Positions 52,625-62,671 of a stretch of 64,000 nt of DNA are shown piece after piece. The notes under the pieces are model-generated. The model was not told where the DNA came from, searched no databases, and saw only the letters and a list, made by a program, of their open reading frames with translations. The stretch comes from Okamejei kenojei. Its lineage: Eukaryota. Made by a program: the position numbers and the translations under genes. The DNA is taken from positions 36,704,001 to 36,768,000 of the forward strand of contig CM069153.1 in assembly GCA_035221665.1 (NCBI GenBank), read 5' to 3'. Within the stretch, counting starts at the first letter, position 1. The number at the start of each line of letters is the position of its first letter.

Positions 52625-53829
52625 ATACAGGCACAGCTAAGCCACCCCATAACCAACAGATCAGTTAAAAGATTTGCCACATCTAGCCACAAATAGCAGT
52701 GGACAATTTAATACCAAATAGGAGGTGGTGGCTTCAGTGATGGAGTCCTTAACAATGACAGGATCCTGCTTGCAGGGATAAAGACTGAAGCATTCACAAC
52801 TGTGTTCAGTGGCAAATGGAAGATCCATCAGGGTCTCCACAAAACCCCAACATCATGGAAGCAATCTTCAGCCAAGTTAATTTACTCTACACAGTATCAA
52901 GAAACCTGTGAGCAACAAAGACTACATGACAACAACATTGCTGCAGAGCTAAAGACTTGTTTCTGAGCTAGCTTTGCCTCTGCAAATAGCAGAACAAATT
53001 ACATCTAACTAATTACTGCCCACTCTACTCAATCACTAATAAACTAATGAAAGGCATTGCTAGAAGGAGATATTTACACAACAATTTGCTCACGAGTTCA
53101 CACTTCATCAGGACATGTGGTATTACTGAGTCACCCATCATTAACATTCTGGCGAATACCACTGATCAAAAAATAAACTGGAGCAGCCACAAATATTGCA
53201 GCCACAAAAGCAGATAAAAGGTGGGTATCCTGTGCTAAATGACTCGCCTTTTGATATGCCAAAACCTTTCCACCATCTACAAGTCGCATCAGGAATATGT
53301 AGCACTTGATGGATATGGGCATCCTCCAACAACACCAGACATTATCCAGAACAAAATCTGTTTGACCGAATCCATCCAGCACCTTGAATATTAAATCCTT
53401 CTACTGATACTCACTTCAGCCAGTGTGTACCATCTACCGAATGCACTATAGGAAAACCAACAGCACCTCCCAAATATGTTCGCATCCATGGAGAAGGCAC
53501 ACAGGAACAATATCTGCAGTTTCCTCTTCAAATTGCACACCATCCAAATTTGAACGTCACTACTCGGTGTCAATCATATCTGCCCAACAGGCGCAATTCA
53601 AGATGGCGGCTCTCCATCATCTTAAAGTCAATTAGAGGCAGGCAATTACAATGGCCTTGCCAACAGCATCCAGATTCCAAAGAGTAATTCAAGAAGTTTA
53701 GATTATTGCATTGCTCTTTAAATTACTTTGAGGGTGTGGTCCCTGTTATATTTCAAGTGTTCCAATGTCCTTCAGCTGAAAGCACTAGCAGAGGTGTTTC
53801 TTCTTCACCTATGCAATGTGAGGATTAAT

Positions 53830-54680
53830 GTTGATGGGACTAGAATATAAAAGCAGGTATGTAATGCTGAGGCTTTATCAGGTGCTGGCAAGGCAACATG
53901 CGAAATATTGTGAACAGGTTTGAGCCCCATATTTTTTTACTTTAGTTTATTATTGTCATGTGTACTTTGGTACAGTGAAAAGCTTGTTTGCATGTTGTTC
54001 AGTCAAAAACGACCATACATGAATATAATCAAGCCGTCCGCAGTGCACACAGAAATAATAAATATCTGAGGAAATGTTTAAGAAGGAACCACAGAAAAAG
54101 GTCTGCAGTCTGAAGAAGGGTCTCAACCCGAAGCATCACCTACTCATTTTCTCCATAGATGCTGCCTCACCCGCTGAGTTTCTCCAGCATTTTTTGTCTA
54201 ATATCTGAGGAAGGATGTCTTGGCTTTGGAGAGACCCTAGAAGAGGCTTATGAGAATGATTCCAGGGATGATTGCATCAAAGTACATGGAGCTTTTGAAG
54301 GCTCTGGGCCTCCATTCGCTGGAGTTTAGAAAGGTGAGAGTGGAAAGGCCTAGATAGAGTGGACATGGAAAGGATGTGTCCAGTAATGGAGTCTAGAACC
54401 AAAAGGCACAGCCTCTGAATAATAGGACCTACCATCAAAATGGAGATGAGGAGGTTTTTCTTTACCTAGAAGGTGGTGAATTTGTGGAATTAATTGTCAC
54501 AGACAGCTGAGGGGACCAAGACATTGGCTATTTTTAAGGTTGAGATTGATGGGTTCTCGGTTAGGAAGGGCAAAGGTTCATGGGGCAAAGGCAGGGAAAT
54601 GGGTTAAGCGAGAAAGATTGATCAGCTTTGATCAAATGGCAGAGCAGACTCAATAGCCTAATTCTACTCCTGTGTCTTTA
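53830..54680 (+). mobile_element. CR1 3' fragment with nested insertions
   Basis: gggactagaatataaaagcagg…ctgggcctccattcgctggagtttaga…cctaattctactcctgtgtctt. Confidence 0.8.
54074..54199 (+). mobile_element. PLE terminal-repeat insertion with short inverted 5' part
   Basis: ctgaagaagggtctcaacccgaagc at 54110; 13-bp TSD aatatctgaggaa at 54061-54073 and 54200-54212. Confidence 0.85.
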
Positions 54681-55654
54681 GGATACGTTGCATTCCACTT
54701 CATTTTCCAAATTCCTAGTTGGGGAAAATACACACAAGCTGTATCTTATACGAGGCCCTTTACAATAGTTCAGCACTTTTTCCAAAACTCAGACAAGCTT
54801 GGACACATGCATTTATAGGTCTAACATTAATGGGTGCATAAGTCATTTAGTCATAAGCAGTATCACAACATTATAATGTCATAACCCTGTAGCCCCAATT
54901 TTAGTCGCAGAGTTGTGGGAAAGAGACACACCATGTCCTACTGGGCCACTCCCTGAGAGTAGAAGAGCACCTGACCCAGCACTGCCCCCTCCTGGTGGTG
55001 TCAGGGCCCACCCAAGCCATTCACAAACACAAGTACTTCGTTGTCTAAAGGAGTCTTTAATGGCCCAAATCAGGAAACCATTTCAACTTTTCCCCCTCAT
55101 CCACCTCCAGACGGTTACAGCCGCCTGAGGCAATGAGCCAACATTAGAAACAATCAAACCACTAACTACAACCCAATAAAAAAACGCAAAGATACGACGC
55201 ATAACACACAGCACAGTGAATTTAGAACCACAGTTCACGAGTTCCCAGACGTATCTTCCACCTTCAAAACTCCTACTGACCGCCAGAGTTTCCCCTCACC
55301 CTTCGAGCAGGCAGCCATAGACGAGAAAAGGGCCATTAAGGAAGAGAGAGAGATCCAGATTCTCTTCACTTTCACTGAGGAAACAGACTTCCATATCATT
55401 CCAGTCTCTCAAAATGTTCTTGTAATAACCAAATTCCCCACAGAATTAACCCTCTAAACCGCGACATATCGCTTTTACCTGGTCACCAACATAGTTCACG
55501 TGCTCAAACAACTACTAACATAATTATTACCTTCATTAGGCTGGTTATGTCAACAAAATAGTTATCACTATGGCTAAATCGTCCCTTTACACAGCTAGCT
55601 ATCACGGTACCCAACAAGTTAACTGCTACCAAACTAGTACCAGTATTTACCCAG

Positions 55655-56045
55655 CTGGATCGTGGCCTGGTTGACCCGGCGCCCAGCCGCTGAGTAACTC
55701 TGGCCGAGACCCGGCAAAGTCGCAGATGCCCCACTTCTTCCTGGTAGCCGAGCCCCAGGCTGCGCCTCTCCGTCTAGGCCCGACCCGGCCTCAGCCGAGC
55801 AATCGCGCTACACAGCCGAGGGAGGGTGTGTCACCCGGTCGCCCGCGCTCTCTCACTTTTACCTGGGCACTCGGTGATGTCTCCCGGCCTCCCAGCCTCC
55901 CTCTAGGTGTGTCCCGGCCGGATCCAGCGTCACCCTTTCCGCCAGCCAGGTGCAACCGCCAGGTAACCTCTTAAAGGGACCGCGCCGGCTCTGCAGCGCA
56001 CAATCACAGCGCCCGGCAAACAGCGCCTCCAACGCACCTCCCCTT
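55655..56045 (-). promoter_or_regulatory. CpG island / probable LLGL2 promoter with E-boxes
   Basis: High GC and CpG density in non-repeat sequence; CAGGTG at 55947-55952 and CAGGTA at 55960-55965. Confidence 0.7.
55863..55950 (-). other. LLGL2: Probable non-coding exon 1 (5' UTR) of LLGL2; TSS approximate
   Basis: CpG-rich patch with minus-strand donor CCCAG|GTAAAA at 55863/55862; no upstream ATG; the coding exon at 25326 has an acceptor that needs an upstream exon; TATA-like CTTTAAG at 55970-55976. Confidence 0.65.
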
Positions 56046-56252
56046 TAATGTGGCTCTCAACCACAACAACAACAACTTGTGCCTGCAATGTGCTGGGGTT
56101 AGGTATCCAAAAACTCTTGATCGAAAGCAGTTAAACAATAGCGTTGAGATTGACCAAGTTTTGCACAAAGAAAACAAAGACATTGTACTTAGCTAATACG
56201 ATTTTTTTTTAAATGTTTCCAGAAGCAGAAATGACTAGGTTGCTCCTGTATG

Positions 56253-56450
56253 TTTAAGAAGGAACTGCAGATGCTGGAAATTCGAAGGTAGACAAAAATG
56301 CTGGAGAAACTCAGCGGGCGAGGCAGCATCTATGGAGCGAAGGAAATAGGCAACGTTTCGGGTCGAGACGCTTCTTCAGGGTCTCGACCCGAAACGTTGC
56401 CTATTTCCTTCGCTCCATAGATGCTGCCTCACCCGCTGAGTTTCTCCAGA
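56253..56450. mobile_element. Inverted pair of PLE terminal repeats (69-bp arms) with 13-bp TSD
   Basis: Arms 56301-56369 and 56381-56449, one mismatch; TSD ttgct(c/t)ctgtatg at 56240-56252 and 56451-56463. Confidence 0.88.
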
Positions 56451-57940
56451 TTGCTTCTGTATGATTGTTTTAGCAGGTGAAGGTAAAAACACGAGAGAAT
56501 TGTATCTTAAGATGTTAAGATCGGGTGCGCAATCAGACACAATTGTAAGTTTCAAGAATGTACTTGAAAAGGGGAGAAATTGTAGGATTTTTGAAGAAAA
56601 AAAAAGAAAAAGTAATAGCCTTCACTGAAGGCACCACATGACTGGTGGACTAACTATATCCTTCCGAACTGTATTGCTTTTGATTATTTAAGCGATATCG
56701 GTGCCTTTTGGTAGAAATTGCCGTATTTGGTCCCAGCAGTGGCAAAGGAAGGGCAATGTATGTCCAAGCTGGAACGACAAGTGGGTTGGAGGCAGTAGCA
56801 TGCATTGGAAAATAAATGGAAATGGTTTTATGGTCATAGAGTGAAACAGAAGGGAGACAGGCCCTTTGGCCCAACAGATTGATGTTAACCATCAAATACC
56901 CATTTAGACTAATCCCTTTTTTTTCACCTCCACCTTCCCATCACCATCCAACTAGAGTCTATAAAAGAGATGCTTTACAGTGACCAGTTAACAGATTACA
57001 ACAGCCATGAGAGATCACATTAAGCTTCACATCATTATAATCAGTGCATAATAACATAATTACAACAAGAAAGAACACTATAATTAATCCAACGTCACAA
57101 ATAGGGCTTATTACAATAACCAGTACATTGGATATTCCAATAATCAGTACCTGCAAAAGCATCAGTACCTGCAGTAATTACTACACAGAGGTCACAGTCA
57201 CCAGTGGTTGAAGGACCACAATGATAGGCAGAAAAAAAAATCTGAAAGTGCTAGAAATCTTCAGGTCAGATAGGGAGTGTGGAAAGAGAAAGAGTTTTCA
57301 GTCTGAAATATTGAACTCTGTTTCTCTTTCCACACATGCTGTTTAACCTACGGAGTGTTTCCAGCATTTTCTGTTCTTATTTTAAATTTTACCATCCAAC
57401 GATTTTTGGATTCTCCAAAATTTTAAATGAAAATGTACAGTAATCAGTATGTTGAATATCACAGGAATCATCTCCCCCGAGTCGTGTAAAGTCACTAAAA
57501 GTTAACACATAAATGCAGCAAGCAATTGGGAAGGTAAATGGTTTATTATTTTTTATGATGAGAGAATTTGAGTCTTACTCCCATTACATGGTATCTTGGC
57601 AAGACTGCACCTGAGTATTGTACACCATTCTCTTACTTATAGACTTTGTCCTTGCTTCTGAGGGAGTGCAGTGAAGATTAACTGATTCCTCGGAAGAGAA
57701 TTTGCTGTATGAGGAGGCTGACGAGACTAGGCAGGAATTTAGAAGAATGTGGCAAGATCTCATTGACACTTAGAAAAATATTACAAGGCTTGGCAGGCTG
57801 GATGCAGGAAGGAAGATTCCCTGAGATCTAGAATCTCAGAATACTTGGTCATTTATGACTGATATGAGAAGACAATTCTTCATGCAGTAGAATCTTTGGA
57901 AATTTCTACTCATGAGATCTGTGAAGGTTCAGTCTCTATG

Positions 57941-58505
57941 TTTGTTATGTCAAGGAGGATCCTCTCGAACTTCTACAGATGCACAGTAGAGAGCATATTG
58001 ACTGGCTGCATCATGGTTTGGTTCGGCAACTTGAACGTCCAGGAGCGGAAAAGAATGCAGAAAGTTGTGACCACTGCCCAGCCATAATCGGCTCTGACCT
58101 CCCCACCATCGAAGGATCGGATCTATCGCTGTCGCTGCCTCAAAAAGGCTGCCAACATCATCAAAGTCCCACACCATCCTGGCCACACACTCATCTCTCT
58201 GTTGCCATCAGGAAGAAGGTACAGGAGCCTGAAATCTGGAGCATCCAAGTTCAGGAACAGCTTCTTCCCCACAGCCATCAGGCTACTAAACACGACATCA
58301 AATATGCGCTAAACAATAACAGTCTATTATTACTATTGCACTTTATCTGTTTATTTATTGTGTATATATATGGTCTAAGGTCTATAGACACACTGAACTT
58401 TTATCTCCCATACTGTATTATGTTTACATATTCTGTGTGCTGCAGCAAGCAAGAATTTCATTGTCCTATCTGGGCCACATGACAATAAAACTCTCTTGAC
58501 ACTTG
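57941..58505 (+). mobile_element. Rex1/Babar-type LINE 3' end, nested in a CR1 remnant
   Basis: ILSNFYRCTVESILTGCIMVWFGN…RKRMQKVV; HPGHTLISLLPSGRRYRSL-like; aataaa plus cttga tail. Confidence 0.85.
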
Positions 58506-58611
58506 TTCAATACAGAAATTGATTTGATACCTGGATATTGGAAATCAAAGGGATGTGGGAAAAGTGCAGTAAAACGAGTTGACTTAGATCAGCAAAGATA
58601 TTGATTTTTGA

Positions 58612-58890
58612 TGGTACACAAAAGGCTGGAGAAACTCAGCAGGTGCAGCAGCATCTAAGGAGCAAAGGAGATAGGCGACGTTTCGGGTCGAGACCCTTCT
58701 TCAGACTAGTCAGGGATCAGGGAAACGAGAGATATAGACGGTGATGTGGAGAAATAAAGAACAATGAATGAAAGATACGCAAAAAAGTATCGATGATGAA
58801 GGGAACACGCCATTGTAAGCTGTTTGTAGTGTGAAAATGAGAAGTTAGTGCGACTAGGGTGGGGGAGAGATAGAGAGAGAGGGAATGCCT
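58612..58890 (-). mobile_element. Penelope-like 3' terminal fragment (solo pseudo-LTR)
   Basis: Near-identical to 62672-63000 of the GIY-YIG element; contains an intact hammerhead core. Confidence 0.88.
58677..58704 (-). ncRNA. Minimal type I hammerhead ribozyme core (PLE-associated)
   Basis: Reverse complement CTGAAGA-A-GGGT-CTCG-ACCC-GAAA-CG-TC: CUGANGA box, stem II with tetraloop, GAAA box, palindromic ACGU stem III, GUC cleavage triplet; stem I weak. Confidence 0.7.
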
Positions 58891-59039
58891 CTCTCGATGG
58901 AGCAGTCTTTAAGGGAAAAAATGGCCATTTCTTGCTCCAATTTCTTAGTTCCTAATTACTTATTTTCTATTTATTTTTGAGACAAGCCTAAAGTACTGCT
59001 TGAATGTTTACAATTGTATCCTAAGAGATAAGGAAATTA

Positions 59040-59460
59040 CAAAGAGTGGCAGACACTGCCTGGTCAATCGCAAGCACTGACCTCTACAGCATCAAATTGA
59101 TCTATAGCAAGTGCTGTCTCAAAAACACAACCAATTTCATCAAGACCCACATGTCGCTGGCCACACTCCCAACATCAGTAAAACGGCACAGGAGTATGGA
59201 AACCACGACCACCATGCTCGGGAATAGCTACTTCCCAACAGCCATAACACCATTCTTGAACATCACACACCAACCTCAACAATGAACATCGATGGACTGT
59301 CATTGGTTGGACTGATGACTTGTTTTTTGCACTAGTATTATGGTTAGTTAATTGAGAACTTTTTTTTAATGATATATTATCTGTGTATTGCGTTTATGAT
59401 GCTACCTCGTGCAAGGATTTCATTGTTCTGTTGTCGGACACAAGACAATTAATTAAACAT
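59040..59460 (+). mobile_element. Older Rex1/Babar-type 3' fragment
   Basis: NSYFPTAI motif and similarity to 58070-58490. Confidence 0.7.
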
Positions 59461-59852
59461 TTTTTGAAGCTTGCTTTAATTTCCTCTAAACTTGCGGATC
59501 GTGTCCCCCGAGTGGAGGCTGCGATTAATGCCACCATTCATTCAACTTGAAGAACTTCTGCAGATTCTGGCAGCACTTCGGTCTCGCACTGGGGCAGTCG
59601 ACAATCTCACAGGTCCTGAGCCATGGCTAAATGGCCATTTATACTGTTTTACACCATGAAGTTGAGCTATGTGGAGGGTCATTCCGGTTGTAAACCTCTT
59701 CTCTGCAGTCTTTTCTGCACTCGGGTAACTTGATGAAGGCGGGGGGGCTAGTATGCAGACACCTCGTATTTAAAAATACATCGACGATCACTCGGACAAG
59801 CTGTGGTTCCATCGCCACCATTATCAGAGAGTTGGAGAAACCAAGGGGTGAG

Positions 59853-60308
59853 AGCTTAGTTCAATTTAGAGATACAGCAAGAAAACAACCCTTCAGCGTG
59901 TCCACCGCGACAATCAATCATTCAAACTCGCTGGAGAAGGGTCTCGACCCGAAACGTCGCCTATTTCTTCGCTCCGTAGATGCTGCCTCACCCGCTGAGT
60001 TTCTCCAGCATTTTTGTCTACCTTCGATTTTTTTTCCAGCGTCTGCAGTTCGTTCTTAAACATTCAAACTCGCTGGTGCTGTTACCCCACTTTCTCATCC
60101 ACTTCCTGCACACAAGGGCCAATTTTACAGAGCCCAATTAACCTACAATCCCGCACATCTTTTGTGATATGGGAGGAAACCGGAGCACCCGAAGGAAACC
60201 ACACAGTCACAAGTGGAATGTGCAAACTCCACACAGACAGCACCTACAGTCGGGATCGAACTCGGGACTCTGCTGCTGTGAGGGAGCAGCTCCATCAGCT
60301 GCGCAACT
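59853..60308 (-). mobile_element. tRNA-derived SINE interrupted by a PLE repeat
   Basis: gggaggaaaccggagcaccc…tgcaaactccacacagacagcacc…gatcgaactcggg…ctgtgaggg. Confidence 0.85.
59935..60060 (+). mobile_element. 126-bp PLE terminal-repeat insertion nested in a SINE
   Basis: agaagggtctcgacccgaaacgtc…; perfect 16-bp TSD cattcaaactcgctgg at 59919-59934 and 60061-60076. Confidence 0.9.
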
Positions 60309-60473
60309 ATTTAATTTGATGTTGTGGTGCCCGGAATCCGGTTCTCAAAAGATGCTAGCCGTTCAGGGCAGATTAAAAGAAAACACTTCATGCAAAGAAT
60401 TATGAATCTTTTAGAATTCTCTCCCCACAGGAGATAGAGAACTCAATTACACAATATTTCCAAGACAATAAAA

Positions 60474-60625
60474 TGGTGGCACGTTAGCGTAGCGTAACGT
60501 TAACGTTAGTCTGATCTGCTCCTTCGTGGCCTCCACCCTGACGTCGGGTGCTGTCTGTGTGGAGTTTGCACGGTCTCACCGAGACAGCATACGTTTCTTC
60601 CAAGTGCGCCAGTTTCCTTCCACGC
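60474..60625 (+). mobile_element. SINE 5' fragment
   Basis: ggtggcacg…gggtgctgtctgtgtggagtttgcacggtctc…gtttccttccac. Confidence 0.7.
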
Positions 60626-60925
60626 TCAAAATTCACCCTGGTTTAGAAAAGTGGTAAAAAGAATCAAAGGGGCAGGTAGGAACAACAATAGGTCATATAC
60701 AACAGGAGTTTGAATCGTACTAATAGGATAATTCCCCCGGGAGCTGGCATAGCCTCGGTGGGCCAGGTGGCCTCCTTCCGTGTTATTAGTATAGCAGACT
60801 TGTTGGGATATGGGATTAATGCAGGAAGTCATGAAGGGCAGAAGGGTCTCCTGCTCCTTTCGTTGCCGCGAATTCTCTCTCACACACTAGCTGAGGCCGT
60901 TGGAGCGGCTGGAGCCCAGTATATT

Positions 60926-61296
60926 GGTCAACACTGGCACGGCCACGGCTTTGCCCCCCCCCCCCCCCCCCCCGGTCAACACTGGCCCGGCCACGGCTTT
61001 GCCCCCCCCCCCCCCCCCCGGTCAACACTGGCCCGGCCACGGCTTTGCCCCCCCCCCCCGGTCAACACTGGCCCGGCCACGGCTTTGCCCCCCCCCCCGG
61101 TCAACACTGGCCCGGCCACGGCTTTGCCCCCCCCCCCCGGTCAACACTGGCCCGGCCACGGCTTTGCCTGACGCTGCCCCCCCCCCGGGGTCAACACTGG
61201 CCCGGCCCCACGGCTCTGCCCCCCCCGGGGTCAACACTGGCCCGGCCACGGCTTTGCCCCCCCCCGGTCAGCGCCGGCCCGGCCACGGCTTTGCCC
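60926..61296. repeat. GC-rich minisatellite, 9 copies of ggtcaacactggcccggccacggctttg + poly-C
   Basis: 28-bp core repeated 9 times with variable C-run spacers. Confidence 0.95.
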
Positions 61297-61600
61297 GCCT
61301 TCTGCCCCCAGACCGGACCGCCCGCCCCTTTAACCAAAGACACTAGAGGAGCTCTCTTTGCCTTTAACGGAATTAATGCCGGCAGACCCAGAATGCTGTG
61401 CAGGACTGGGCCGCTGTGTCCCAGCCCGACGATGGGCTTCCCTGGCAACGGGAGGCCCTCGGCCTCGGCCTCGACCCTCCCGGCCGGGCCCGCGGTCGCC
61501 GCGCTCTTCGCTCTCGTATTCTCTATTTACCTGCAGACCCTGCACCGTGCGGTGCCGGGCGGCGATTCCGGTCAGTGCCAGCGGGAGCGTGTTTTTGGGT
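61297..61600 (+). promoter_or_regulatory. CpG island / promoter and exon 1 region of the TMEM260-family gene
   Basis: Dense CpG, GC boxes (cccgccc), CCTTTAA motifs upstream of the ATG. Confidence 0.65.
61432..61570 (+). CDS. TMEM260: TMEM260-family (protein O-mannosyltransferase, DUF2723) first coding exon
   Basis: MGFPGNGRPSASASTLPAGPAVAALFALVFSIYLQTLHRAVPGGDSG: hydrophobic TM1 followed by VPGGDSG as in TMEM260 (…PSVPGGDSGELIT…); Kozak acgATGg; phase-1 donor G|GTCAGT; alternative in-frame ATG at 61393; exon 2 not seen in window; ortholog versus paralog unresolved. Confidence 0.85.
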
Positions 61601-61814
61601 GGGGGATCAGGGTGGGGAAGGTAAGGGGTTTGAGGTGGGGGAAGGGGGTCGAGTTAGGGCATGGTGATAGGGGTAGAGGAGGGAGGAGGGTGTTGGGTTC
61701 GGGGAAGGAGATCAGGGTGGGGAAAGGGGGTAGGGGATTGGGTTGAAGGTCGGGCTGGTGTAGGAAAAGAGGGTGGGGTAGGGGATAGGGTTAGGGTAGG
61801 GGAGGTAAAGTGCA

Positions 61815-62145
61815 AACAAGTCAAGTCAAGTTTATTCGTCACATACGCATACGAGATGTGCAGTGAAATGAAAAGTGGCAGTGTTGGCGGACTTTGTGCA
61901 AAAAAACAAATAAACAAACAACCAAACAATCTACAAACAGAATGGAACAGAATCACATGTTCTTTTACATATTAAATATTGTGGGCGGAAGGAAAAGGGG
62001 AAGGAAAACAAAACAGCAATAATTTTTTTTTTAAAGCAGTTGAGTGGTGCAGTAAAGTTAGTCCTGGTGAGATATGAGTTTACAGTCCTAATGGCCTCTT
62101 GAAGAAACTCCTTCTCAACCTCTCCATTCTCACAGCATGGCAACG
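61815..62145 (-). mobile_element. LINE 3' end with (cttga)n tail, probably Rex1/Babar-like
   Basis: caagtcaagtcaagtttattcgtcacatac…; EKEFLQEAIRTVN resembles the FFPxAIRLLN terminus. Confidence 0.6.
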
Positions 62146-62671
62146 GGCATTTGATGCAGGGAGTGGGGATGCAGTGTGAGTGGATCGCAAATGATGGTAC
62201 AGTTGGTGTGGGAATGGAGGTTAGGATGCAAGTACGGAAAGTGGAAGTTTAGGTGAGTGGGAGGGAGATTAAAGGGGTTGGTGGAATACTATTGGGGTAG
62301 ATTTTTTTTTTATGGACAGTCAGTAACGACTGATGTGGTACAGAGATCAATGCTGGGGTGGCAACTGTTCACTGTTTGACTCTGAAGGAACCAGTACACT
62401 AGCTAGATTTGCCTGAGGTGTAAAGATAAGTGGGTTATTTCTGAGGATACACAGAGCCTGCTAATTTGATAGGTTATGTGATTGGGCAAGTAGTTGGCAG
62501 ATAGAGTATAATGTGCGAAAAAGTGAAGTTGCCCAGTTTGGAAGGAGAGATGAAAAAGTAAATGATGCTTTTAAGTGTAGTGGACTACATGTGATACGTA
62601 GGAATCTGAGCGTCCTAGTATGTGAAACATAATGTTACTTTTTATGATAAAATAAAGTTAGTATGTAAATA

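Noticed and set aside
54888-55630. Possible solo LTR in reverse orientation (TG start, ATTAAA, PBS-like tggtagcag)
   Set aside because: No matching termini or TSD could be found; the PBS match is only 9 nt
60926-61296. CRISPR-like array (28-bp repeats with spacers)
   Set aside because: Spacers are only poly-C runs, not unique sequences; eukaryotic context; no cas genes
60710-61746. Long Pro-rich ORFs (153, 148 and 233 aa)
   Set aside because: Open because of the minisatellite and poly-C; only the TMEM260-like part is supported
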